From Leucoraja ocellata (taxonomy: Eukaryota), in contig JAWMAR010000841.1 in NCBI GenBank assembly GCA_036785375.1, positions 434,001-498,000 of the forward strand: a stretch of DNA of 64,000 bases, written 5' to 3'. Shown here in pieces: positions 1 through 10,880 of this stretch (position 1 is the first letter of the stretch; every line of letters begins with the position of its first letter). The notes below the pieces were generated by a model. It ran no database searches and was not told the origin of the DNA. It was given only the letters and a program-made list of their open reading frames with translations. The position numbers and the translations under genes are program-made.

Positions 1-745
1 AAGTACATCTTGATCTTAAAGTCTTAGGTGTAATATTAAGATTGCTGCCCCTTGTGTTGGATTCCCCCACCAGTTTCTCTTTAGAGCCATGTCATTGAGC
101 TTTGGGCCTCATGCCTGTTCCTTAGCAATAATTTTTTTTCCTTATTACATTTCCTTGGCTTAGTTACTGCTGAAGCCCTCATCCATTCCTCTAGTAACAG
201 TACTATTCCAACGTCCTCTTGACTGATTTCCATCCCTCTCCCCTGTTGGTTTTATTCCAAATGTTGCTATCATGTTTGAGCGGCCCCTGCCCATGGACTG
301 CTAAATCGCTTTCAAACTTTATGTTATGCCTTTTACAAAGTACAAGCTCTGGTATTTGGCGTTGTGGTTTAATGTGGGCAATGTCGCTCCTATCAGCTGA
401 GCAGACTGGAGAAGGCCCCGACCCAGAAAGTCATTAGTCCATTTCCCTCCACAGGTCCACAAGATTCCAGTACAGCAGTCTCCTGTGTCTCCATTAACTC
501 TGTCATAGTGTCATTGTTATTTCATGCTCCAATCCAATCTTGCCACCAATTTTTGTGCCATTGGCAAACTATATAATTATCCAATGTCAGCTATTTCTCA
601 TCTGAATGAAGCAAGTAATGGAGGTCTTGCTCAGAGCTTGTTGGATGCCACTGGTTGGTTCTTCCAATGAAGGGGAATGTGTATAAAGAAGATTCCGCCT
701 TGACGCTCAATTCTGATTTCAGACCATGATCATTTACAGAGTGAG

Positions 746-989
746 AGCAGCACAGCAGTAGAGTTGCTGCCTTACCGTGCCAGAGACCCAGACCCGGGTT
801 CGATCCAGACTATGTGTGTTGTCTGTACAGAGTTTGTGCGGAATCCGGTTTCCAAAGACATACAGATTTGTAGGGTCATTGGCTTGGCAAAATTGAAAAT
901 TGTCCCTAGTGTGTGTAGGAAAGTGTTAGTGCGCGGGATCACTGGTCGGCGTGGGCCTGGACCTGTGTTTCAAAACTAAACTAAACTAA
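746..989 (+). mobile_element. HE1-type (V-SINE) tRNA-derived SINE
   Basis: gtagagttgctgcc...ccgggttcgatcc B box, then tgtccctagtgtg, ending in an (aaact)n tail. Confidence 0.85.
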
Positions 990-1864
990 GAGTTTTTTTA
1001 TACAAGGTGCAATACATGTCCTTTTGACTGGAGATTAATCTTAAATCAAGACCTGTCCAATGTGACAGTATTTGGGGTCAATGGCCTACTTCTGCTCCTA
1101 TGTCTTATGATCTTATTTCTCATTCTACTTTGAATACATTTGAGGACATTGTTAACCTGGTTTCTATTGAATTGTGAGCCACATTGTATAATTTGGTATA
1201 ATACTTGTATTTGTACATCCAGTGAAATGGAAACTCTCGTTTAATCCACTAATCTAATGGGATAATTACTTTAAGTTGGAAGCCAGACATCTTTAGTGTT
1301 GATTTTCTAATAGTCAGCAGGTTTTGTATCAGGGTGTGGTGCTTAGTAAAGAGGCATGGAGTTGAGGATGAGTAATCACTCTTAATGCAGGTACAAGCAT
1401 GCATAATATTACATTGCTGTGCAAAAGAAAAGTAGCTGTGACAAGCTTGGCATTGAGTATTGAAACATTTCAAGAAAATATGATATTTTTACTTTTATGG
1501 TGACTCATGTCTGAGCATTCGTAAACTCATTGTGAATATGTAATACCCCTTTTTGGTAGTCACTGTTGATAGCTCTTCCTCTCCTAATTGGTGAACCAGT
1601 GTCTCGAAGACAGCACAGGAAGGCACATTGAACTTGCACCTACTATCTAGGACTAACACTGAGCTCAAACTAAGCAGCCGCATTTAACTTAAAAAAAAAA
1701 AGAAAAGATAATTGTGACTCAACCCTTGTTAAGAAAGTAGACAGTTAAAAGTCTGGAAATTAGACATGGTGGCTTAAATTTCCTCAGCTTGGTTGGCAGG
1801 GCTTGTATCTTAGAAAGTTGAGGACCCGCTCCATAATATTTGATCTCTGCTGATAGTCTTCCAC

Positions 1865-2270
1865 TGAATCAAATTTTGGGGTTCAAGCCCTAGTGCCAGT
1901 GACTTAAGGACAGCTGGGTTCATGTGCCTATGCTTGACTGAAGGAGTGCTGCTTGGTGGAGTTGGCCTCTTTAGTTTGGGATGTTAAACCAAAATGTGTC
2001 TTCCTCCTCAAGTAATGTTAGGGAGCCCTCAGTGTTATTCAAGGGGAGTAAGTAAGTTTTATTTTGCTGTTCTACAAGCATATCTTACAAGCAACATCCC
2101 AAGTGGATAACATTGTTGCTGCTTGCGGAGGCTTGCTTTGTGTAAAACTGGTTACCCATCATTATAGTATTTTGCGTCTACCTTGGTGTATGCCAACATC
2201 TACAGTTCCTTCCTACACATTATAAATGCACTTGCAGTTAAGAAGTATTTCATGAATTGTAAACTACCCT
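1865..2270 (+). mobile_element. Ancient Deu-domain SINE (SacSINE1/AmnSINE-like); further relics at ~5195-5420 (-), 39595-39725, 40710-41130 and 57925-58300 (-)
   Basis: gggttcaagccc..., actgaaggagtgctgc, gatgttaaacc and ttgctgcttgcggaggcttgct resemble the recalled Deu core. Confidence 0.6.
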
Positions 2271-2325
2271 GAAAGGTTTATTTGCTTCTAAAAACATATT
2301 TACTGTTTACTCATCAATCATACTT

Positions 2326-2379
2326 GAGGTGGGAGATTGCAACGTTCACGTGGTCCGCCATGTTTCGACGAATGCAATC
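2326..2379 (+). ncRNA. Minimal HDV-like self-cleaving ribozyme (candidate)
   Basis: P1 GAGGTGG/CCGCCAT (6 of 7 pairs, first pair G.U). P2 GATTGCA/TGCAATC perfect. P3 ACG/GGT has one mismatch. L3 TTCACGT, P4 T-TTCG-A, J4/2 CGAA with putative catalytic C2369. Confidence 0.7.
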
Positions 2380-2470
2380 AACCTGGCGTGCACTATCAAA
2401 TAAGATCAAATAGAACAAGTTGTCCTCCAACTTTAGGTTGTGCCCGCCATACGCAAGAAGAAGACGAAGA
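2326..2470 (+). mobile_element. Short non-autonomous non-LTR element with a 5' HDV-like ribozyme and an (AAG)n-like tail (Ingi/Vingi-like, tentative)
   Basis: CpG-rich ~145 nt inserted inside an old Deu-SINE region. Ends gccatacgc-aagaagaagacgaaga. The 5' 54 nt fold as a nested double pseudoknot. Confidence 0.65.
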
Positions 2471-4129
2471 TTGATTCTACTTGCCCTGTTTCCACTTTAA
2501 AATAATTTTCTGTATGTGAATGCTGTTCATGTTTTCATACATCAGAGCGCATTTGGGAAACTGAACATTCTTTATTTTCAGGGCTACCTCCAGCACTTGT
2601 AGTCAAACATGTGACCACTCTCCCATTTCTCATACAGAGTGGTTACAGAGTGAAGGTCACACAACACCATTTCATAAAGCATTTCTAGGTTTGGCATAGC
2701 AAGTGTCAAATTCAAAGTAAACTTTACATTGCCGCATCATGCATAGCCAAGGACGTTGTAATTTAAGTTAAGTTCAAGAACAGTATCATGTTTTACATTG
2801 ACAATTTGACGTAACCTCAGACTTTGAATCCTGAACTTTGAATGTCGTGCTTATAATCAGTAAACTAATCATTTTGGATCTGCTAGAAAGAAATAATCAT
2901 GTTTAAATTATTGAAACATTTACCTTCTGATAAATGGGTTGACACTGCATCAGATTCATTTAATGTACAATCTAACAGTGGAAGCTCATTTTAAATCTAC
3001 GTTGCCATGGGAAAATGGTAAATGGACCATCACTGAGACTGGAGCTTCCACACAAATGGAATTTGTTTGTCAGGTGACCTGTACCATTTTTCTTCTGGAT
3101 GTAGCAGCATGATTAGTTTAATTATATTTCTGACTCTTCTCCGTACACTCTTAATTGTTTGGCCATTATGTAGAGTGGTAGCTTAAGCGTCATTGCAAAT
3201 TTAGAGAGTGCTAAGTGTTTTAGTTCATTGAAGCATTGATCATATTGTAGCCACTGTGTGTTTATAGAGGTTGTATATAAGAAGATGCCCTGGTGTGTGG
3301 TTGCTCCCTCAACCTTAGATGATTACCTTTATGAGGATAGGAAGTCAGTCTTCTAGAGAGAGCCTGTGATCAATCGATAGGATCCTTTCCCCCTCGCTGT
3401 TGGCATCTTTCACCTTAGCTGCCGCCATATTGTGCAGTTGTTTCTATTGGATTGGGGATTTGCATCTGAATTTGAAGGGGTAAATAGAGTTTAACTCATC
3501 AGTGTTTCAGGAACAAATTATGTGGAGAATTTATTAAATTTGCAGATATTCCATTTTAGCACTTTTAGATTTTTTAAGGAACATGGATTTATCTGGATGA
3601 TCGATATTGGTAATTATCAATGATCTGTTTCTTTGTTTCTGATGGTAATACTGCATTTTGTTGGTTATTGCTCCATTAGTTGTTTGATCACCACTATTAT
3701 AGCATTGGTAGTAGATTTTCCTGTATACAGCAGGATGAGTCATGAGCAGTTTGTCATATTCCATTTTAAGTTAAACTGGATTTTGTGTTGTCACTCCAAG
3801 TCAAGCCAGTTTAAAGAAGAAGATGTAACTGTAGATTATCGGGCATTAAGAAAAACTTGAGGAAAATTAGGTGACTCTTTTTCAGATGGCCTCTCGTCCC
3901 CTCTCTTATTCTTCCTCATTAAGCCACCTTGTATTTAAGGTGAGGATTTTTCCAACTCAGATACATAAAACTGTGTAGCAGAGAAATTAAGGAGCCCAAG
4001 CAAATGACAATTAATTTGTGACTTTAGGCGAACATCCAATTCGCTTATTGTGAATGGTCCTCCCCCCCCCCCACCCTCCCCGAGCACTAGTCTGAGGGGA
4101 ATAGTAAAATTAATGGTTAATGTGATTAA

Positions 4130-4257
4130 GAAGGAACTGCAGATGCTGGAAAATCGAAGGTAACCAAAAATGCTGGAGAAACTCAGCGGGTGCAGCAGCA
4201 TCTAAGGAGCGAAGGAAATAGGCAACGTTTCGGGCCGAAACCCTTCTTCAGTCTGAA
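4130..4257 (-). mobile_element. Penelope-like terminal-repeat-derived element with an intact minimal hammerhead core (4224-4251)
   Basis: Minus strand reads CTGAAGA-A-GGGT-TTCG-GCCC-GAAAC-GTT. Family hallmarks gaaggaactgcagatgctgg and tgctggagaaactcagcgg are present. Confidence 0.7.
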
Positions 4258-6169
4258 GCATTTTTTTGTACCTTTGGTTAATGTGATTAATGGTTAATGG
4301 TATAAAGTGATTCCAATGAGAACAGGATTGTGGACTGGGGAATGTTACACCAGCCACAGTAACCACAGTATAACTTATATTTGGGTCTGTTCTTTAATAT
4401 ATGTTTTCACGTCTGCAGAACTATTATGAATTCTCAAGGAATTCAAATCAACAAAACAAGCAACGTTGGGGACAAATTGTTGGAGTATATTTTCCCTGAT
4501 TGCATTTGATCTATGATTATTTTAAAAAGTATCAACCGTGGGAGAGCAGAAGCTTGTTAGAAAAATTGGGAATCCTTCAGTGTGCTTTCCTTTGGGAAGT
4601 CCATTGACTAGAAGCATGGATACATTGAGCACCAAAGGCAGGGGAATGAAGGTGAGTCAGATGGAGGCGATAAATTGAAATTACAGCATGTGTGGGATGA
4701 ATGTTCAGCTGACTAGTGACAGGTGTGACTCTGGCCCTCTGTATGACATTAAAAAAAAACAGGAATGTGTTGGCATCTCCTTTCTTCACTGAACGCAGCA
4801 TCGCATCAGTACCTGGTATTGGACTCTTAATATAACTCATATTCTGATACAAAGGGAATGGGGTATTATCCAGTGCTACCTGTTGTTTCACAATTTTTTC
4901 AAGACAGCCTTTATTGAGCTGCAGGGTGTACTTCAAAATCAATTGATACCCATTTTAGTAGAGGAAGCAGTGCAGAATGCAGGTGAATGTTGTGTGTGGA
5001 GGCCATCCTTGTGTAATTAATGTTTTGGCTAGAAGCATTGAATGACGTCCTGTCTGGCAGCAATGCAGAATGCAACCAAATATTCATGACCCCAATTAAA
5101 TTATATGTTGCCTCTCATAACCTGAGAAAACCCAATAGCTCTTTGCAGACAATACCACATTTGATAAATCTATTACTTGCTCGGTGGGGGGAAATGTGGC
5201 AGCTTGTTTACACATAGCAAGATGCCACAAACTGTATCATGATAATGACCTTGTATTAGTGACGTTAGTTCATGGATAATTATTGGCCAGAAGATCAGAG
5301 AACTCTATTGCTCTTTTGAACAAATGTCATTTGACAGGCAGGCAGGGATTAAACACCTCCTTGGAAAGATCCCAGTTCCGACAGTGTGGCACTTCATCAA
5401 AGCTGAACAGCCAGGATTTCATGAAAGGTTACAATCTCACAACTCTCAGAATTAGAAACAAGCTGACATGCATGTACTGGTTACCAGCAGAGTGAATTGA
5501 GGTCCTGAAATTCGGTGAATAATTCTGGAGGTACATTTTGGTTAAGGCTATTGTTGCCCATTGTCCCAGAGGAGTGAAGCAGTGTTTACAGCTGTGTTGC
5601 TTATGCCCTAGAACATGGAACCTGCAAACTAGAAATTGTTCATCTGACCCAGTTAGATTTTGAATGTCTGTCTGTGAGTATGTCCTAGATAGAACTGAAG
5701 TGTGATGAAATACTGAGAGATGTAGTGCAATTACACAACTGAACACCTGTTGCTTTATTAAAGCTATTAAAGATCTGATGATCTAAGTGGAAAGAAGCGG
5801 GGTTACTCTGCACCCAGGATCCAAAGTATTGGAGTAACTCATCGGGTCTGGCAGCATCTCTGGAGAACGTGGATAGGTGATGTTTCAGTTCGGGACCTTT
5901 CCTCAGTCTGATTGTAGGGGGGGGAGAAGAGAAGAAAGCTAGAAAAAGGGAAGGGCAAGATATAGTGTGGCAGGTAATTAGGTTGACACAGGTTTAGAGG
6001 TATATGAGCCAAACCCAGGAAGGTGGGATTAGTGTAGATAGGGCATCTTGGTCTGTGTGGGCAAGTTGGGTCGAAGAGCCTGTTTCAATGCTCTATGACT
6101 CTTATTTGTTTCGGTTGTGTCTTGTACTTATCAATTGTCGTCAAGTAGTTGCTGATTTGAACTCCAGCA

Positions 6170-6545
6170 GAGGCAGGTAATGTGGAAATGATAGTTCCTG
6201 CTATGATGTTTTGGCCATTGTGGAAACATGGTTGAGATCGAGACATGACTGGAAACTCGATGTTCCCAAGTTTTGAGGCTTCAGATGTGATCGCGATGGA
6301 GGCAAAAGAGGTGGAGGAGTTGTGCTACTGGTCAGGGAGACTGTCATGGCGGCACACAGAGATGACATACTGGAGGGTTCATCCACTGAGGCAGTTCATC
6401 CACAGAGCTTAGAAATAAGAAATCTGCGTGCATTTTAATGGGTTTGTACTCTAGCCCTCCCAATAGCAAGCGGGAGATACAGGAACAGATAAGTAGACAG
6501 ATTACCAAAAGATACAAAGCAACAGGGTTGTCTTAGTGGGTGCTG
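6170..6545 (+). mobile_element. CR1-type LINE ORF2 endonuclease fragment (degenerate)
   Basis: Translates as YDVLAIVETWL and RCDRDGGKRGGGVVLLVRE. Confidence 0.8.
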
Positions 6546-7504
6546 GACTTCTTCTCAATGGCAGGAGTGAAATGAGAGTGTAGCCAAGGGTTGTCAGGAT
6601 CCTTTGATGATGCTGGCTACCTTTTTGAGGCTGCACCTCCTATAGATCACTTTGATGGTGGGAAAGTCAGTGACCATGATGGTACTGTCCATCATGGGTA
6701 CTGACCCTTGGCAAGCTATCCCTTGTGGCCCAGCAGCTACTGTTTGTCTGCAGCTGCGGCCGGAAAATGGTGGGTGCAGCTGACTATCACTGAAGAATTG
6801 TGGAAGTTCCCTGGGTAACTTGGATAGCCTGTGTGTGTTGTTACACAAGAGCGTGGAGCAAGATGTGAACTTTTAACCTTTGCATTTACTCTTTAAGTTC
6901 ACTCATGAAGAACATCTACTTAAAGTTACCAATTGATAAACACTCCAGCCCTGTCCATACACCCTGTTTGCGATCTGAATTCTCTGCATCAATGAGCTCG
7001 GATGTAGGAACTTTACCTTTTCTGAACAATCGATTGCCAGATTATCAGACTTTTACTGCATCTGCTTCTGCCTCCATGCAATCTCAGCCCTGTAGTTCTT
7101 AGGGCTTTTAAATGATGGGCACCCATTCTAGGCAGTTCTTGTGAACTGGCAAGTTGGTGACTACAGGTTGGTGACCTGTCCAGCAATCAAACACGGTACA
7201 CCATACCACTCCAATTTTTAAGGCTTATTGCAAAATACATAATGTGTTACATTTGCAGATAATTTCTCTGTTATTGGGATTTTGGTTTCAGGTGGACTCC
7301 ACATTTAAAAAAACTCAACCTTGCTGAATAATTTACTACATCTTCACATCCTACATTATTATAATTCATTGATTTTAGATGCCTGAGCACGGGAAATGGA
7401 ATTTATTACGATACAATTATGCAGGGGGCATTTATTATACCTGCAAAATGCATGTACTTTCATATACTGATCTATTTATTTATGTTGAATAAATAAATAT
7501 CTGC

Positions 7505-7775
7505 GGGCCCGAGATGTGTTTTCCCAGTCTCGCATGCTTCTTCTTGTCTGTCAGGAAGTTGATGATCCACTGACAGGAGGGGTTCAGGCACAGTCAACTG
7601 GGAGAGTTTGGAGTGTAGTAGCTCTGGCACAATGGTGTCGAATGCAGAGCTAAAATCCACAAACAAAATCCTTGCATAGGTCCCCTGGCAGTCTAAGTGC
7701 TGGAGGATGAAGTGCAGGCCTAGGTTGACTGCGCCATCCACTGATCTATTTGCCCGGTATACAAACTGCAGGGGG
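7505..7775 (-). mobile_element. Rex1/Babar-type LINE reverse transcriptase fragment
   Basis: ORF 7472-7741: HLDCQGTYARILFVDFSSAFDTIVP. Confidence 0.85.
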
Positions 7776-8180
7776 TTCTCAACCCCATTCTCCTACCTTC
7801 TGCCCCTAACCAATGACAGCCGTATTGTCAATCTCCGCTTTAAAAATATCCATTGACTTAGTCTCCACAGGCGTCAGTGGCAATGAATTCCACAGATTTA
7901 CCACCTTCTGGCTCAAGAAATTCCACCTCAGCTCCTTGATAAAGGTATGTCCTTTTATTCTGAGGCTATGGCCTCTGGTCCTAGATTCTTCCACTAGTGG
8001 AAACATCGTCTTCACATCCACTCTATCCAGGCCTTTCACTATTCGGTAAGTTTCAATGAGGTCCCCCTCATCCTTCTCAACTCCAGCGAATACAGGCCTA
8101 GTGCTGTCTCATGCTCATCATATGTTAACCCAATCATACCTGGGATCATTCTCGTAAACCTCCTCTGGACCCTCTCCAAT
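7776..8180 (-). mobile_element. CR1/HER1-type LINE 3' fragment
   Basis: MKGLDRVDV..MFPLVEESRTRGHSLRIKG..VVNLWNSLP. Confidence 0.9.
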
Positions 8181-8231
8181 GTGGGATATTATTCACTAAT
8201 CATTAAATTTCTAAATTTAATCTGATTCACT

Positions 8232-8546
8232 GGGACTGCACGGTGGCACAGCGGTAAAGTTGCTGCTTTACAGCACCAGAGACCCGGGCTCGATCCTGAC
8301 TATGGGTGCTGTCTGTATGGAGTTTGCACGTTTTCCCGTGATCTGCATGGGCTTTCTCCAGGAGCACTAGTTTCCTTCCGGACTCCAGACGTACAAGTTT
8401 ATAGGCTAATTGGCTTGGTAAAATTGTGAATTGTCCCTAGTGTCAGTAGGATAGTGTTAGTGTGTGGGGATTGATGGTTTGTGCAGATTCAGTGGGCCGA
8501 AGGGACTGTTTCTGCGCTGTTTCTCTAAACTAAGAGAAACTAAACT
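8232..8546 (+). mobile_element. HE1-type SINE, near full length
   Basis: gcacggtggcacagcggt head, V-domain-like core and (aaact)n tail. Confidence 0.88.
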
Positions 8547-9008
8547 TAAAAAAAGCTATGCTTTAAAATAGGAAAAGTTTCTGCATTGTGAACTTTCTCC
8601 AAGTGTATACACTGAAGGGGATGGAAGAATAAGCAAACTAAGGAAGGTACTAAAAGTTCCAGCCATGTCTCTTTGTCTACTTGTGACTGATTGAAATGTT
8701 GACAGTCCAAACATATCTAAACTTGACTCAGCAGCCTGAAGAAGAACATTGTTACTAATGGATACTGGAATAAATGATTCATCACAGTGAGCTGACTTCA
8801 CTAAAGCACCACAGAGGGCTGGCTGGGACTTATCAGCAATTGACTGATTACACTTATTTGAGTTGTATTACGAAACACGTCAGCTTAACTCTTAATGAAA
8901 ATTAAAATAAGCCTATAGATGTTGGAAATCTGACATATCGGTAGCATCAGTGGAAATGAGAAACAGTTAAAGCTTTAGGTCCAGACTCTTGAAAGGAACT
9001 AGACCCGA

Positions 9009-9290
9009 CGACACGGTAGCACAGCTGGTAGAGCCGCTGCTTCACAGCTCAGAGACCCGGGTTCGATCCTGACCTTGGATGTTGTCTGTGTGGTGTTTGC
9101 ACAGACTCTCTGTTACCCTGTGTGTGTTTCCTATTGGTGCACCGGTTTCCTCCCACATCCCAAAACGAATTTGGGTTTTGTAGGTAAATTGCCCCAAATG
9201 TGTCGGGAGTGCCAACGTGGAATAGCACAGAACCAGTATGAACGGGAGATCGATGGTCAGCGTGGACGTGGTGGGCTGAATGGCCTGTTT
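9009..9290 (+). mobile_element. HE1-type SINE
   Basis: Same head, B box gggttcgatcc, and core ccggtttcctcccaca. Confidence 0.85.
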
Positions 9291-10549
9291 AATGGGGTGG
9301 CACTTAGGCCCACCTGCCTGCATTTGGCCCACATCTCTCTAAACCTATCCTATCCATGTACCTGTCCAAATGTTTCTTGAATGTTAAAATTGCCGCAGTG
9401 CAATTTATAGCTGGTACAAAACAGGTAGAGGAAGTGAATGGTTAAGATGCATTGTGAGTTTTCTTCGAGTGTATAATCAGAATGGGACCTAAAGATAAGC
9501 TAGCATTTAGAGAGCTATAGCTGCTTCCAGCTGTACCCCTTACAGCTGTAAGTGTAGATAATCAAACGGGTCAGAATTCAAACAGTCAAAAATCATCCCA
9601 TCTTGTGATCATCATAGAGAGCTTTGACTGCGCTAAGGGGGTGCATGAGCAGCTTTGTCATGATGTGGATCTGCCTGAAAGGTATTGGAGTTCAACTTGC
9701 CACACAGGTGGAAAGTATTCCATCATACTCTTGGGAGTTTTGCTATTGGCAAGTTGGGAAGTCCAATGGCAATTCATTTGCAAAAATATTACTCAGCCTC
9801 GTTAATGCTGTTGTTTCTGCAGCATTTATGTGGGTGATCCATTGAGCTTCTAGTTGAAGGTGATTGGTGTTGATGTCAGGAGTGTCAATGGCAATAAAAC
9901 AGAAACTGCTGGAGCAAGTCAGCAACTGTTGAGAGGGAACATTCCAAAATCTTTCATCAAAACTGGGGGGGGGGGGGGGAAAACAAAAAACATTTTAAGC
10001 TGCAGAGAAAAGATGGAACAAAAAGAAAGGCCAAGTGGAGATAAAGTGGAGACCATAAGAGAATAAATTGTGGGATTGCAGGCTAAAAGATGTAATGAAT
10101 ACAAGGCATATCGAGGGAAAAGTAAATAGGGGGAGATGAATGAGGTCTGAAATTCAGGAGAGGGAAGGGGGAGAAAAAAAGACTGAATCCTAGAAGTATG
10201 AGATATGAGGCGAGAATGACTGATTCCCTGAAATAGTTAATTAGGTCTTAAGTTCAGAGGACTCTAATGTGCCAAGTCGGCAGAATGAGACGCTGTTCTT
10301 CTGGTTGATGTTGAGCTTCATTGGAACACTAAGGAATAGAAATCGGAATTATAGTATTGGTATAGAATTAAAGTGCCAGGCAAATGAAGCTCAGGCTCAC
10401 TCTTGCAGATTTAACAGGACTCTGCAAAGTGGCCATCCAACTTTGTTTGGTTTCAGCAGCATAAAGGAGACTATTGTGAGCTTCGAATGAAACAAATAAA
10501 TTGCAAGTTATCAAAGTAAATTGCTCCTTCACCATTTGCTCCGATCTGG

Positions 10550-10880
10550 ATCTGGAGAGGATGTTTCCAGTAGTGGGAATGTCTTAGACCAGAGGGCACA
10601 GCTTCAGAATAAAAGACCTTTAGAATAGAGATGAGGCAGAATTTCTTTAGCCAGACGGTGGTGAATCTGTGGAATTCATTGTTATAGATGGCTGTGGAGG
10701 CCGTCATTGGGTATTTTTTAAAGCCGAGGTTGATAGATTCTTGATTAGTAAGGGCAAGAAAGCAGGAGAATAGGATTGAGTGGGAAAAAATAGATCAACC
10801 ATGATTGAATAGTGAAGCGGACTCGATAGGCCAAATGGCCTAATTCTGCTCCTATGTTCTTCTGATGTTGGTCTTATGAT
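10550..10880 (+). mobile_element. CR1/HER1-type LINE 3' end
   Basis: gtggtgaatctgtggaattc through the tail aatggcctaattctgctcctatg. Confidence 0.85.

Noticed and set aside
770-810. HE1 heads as tRNA genes
   Set aside because: The A/B boxes are followed by a SINE body and tail, with no cloverleaf. They are tRNA-derived SINE heads.
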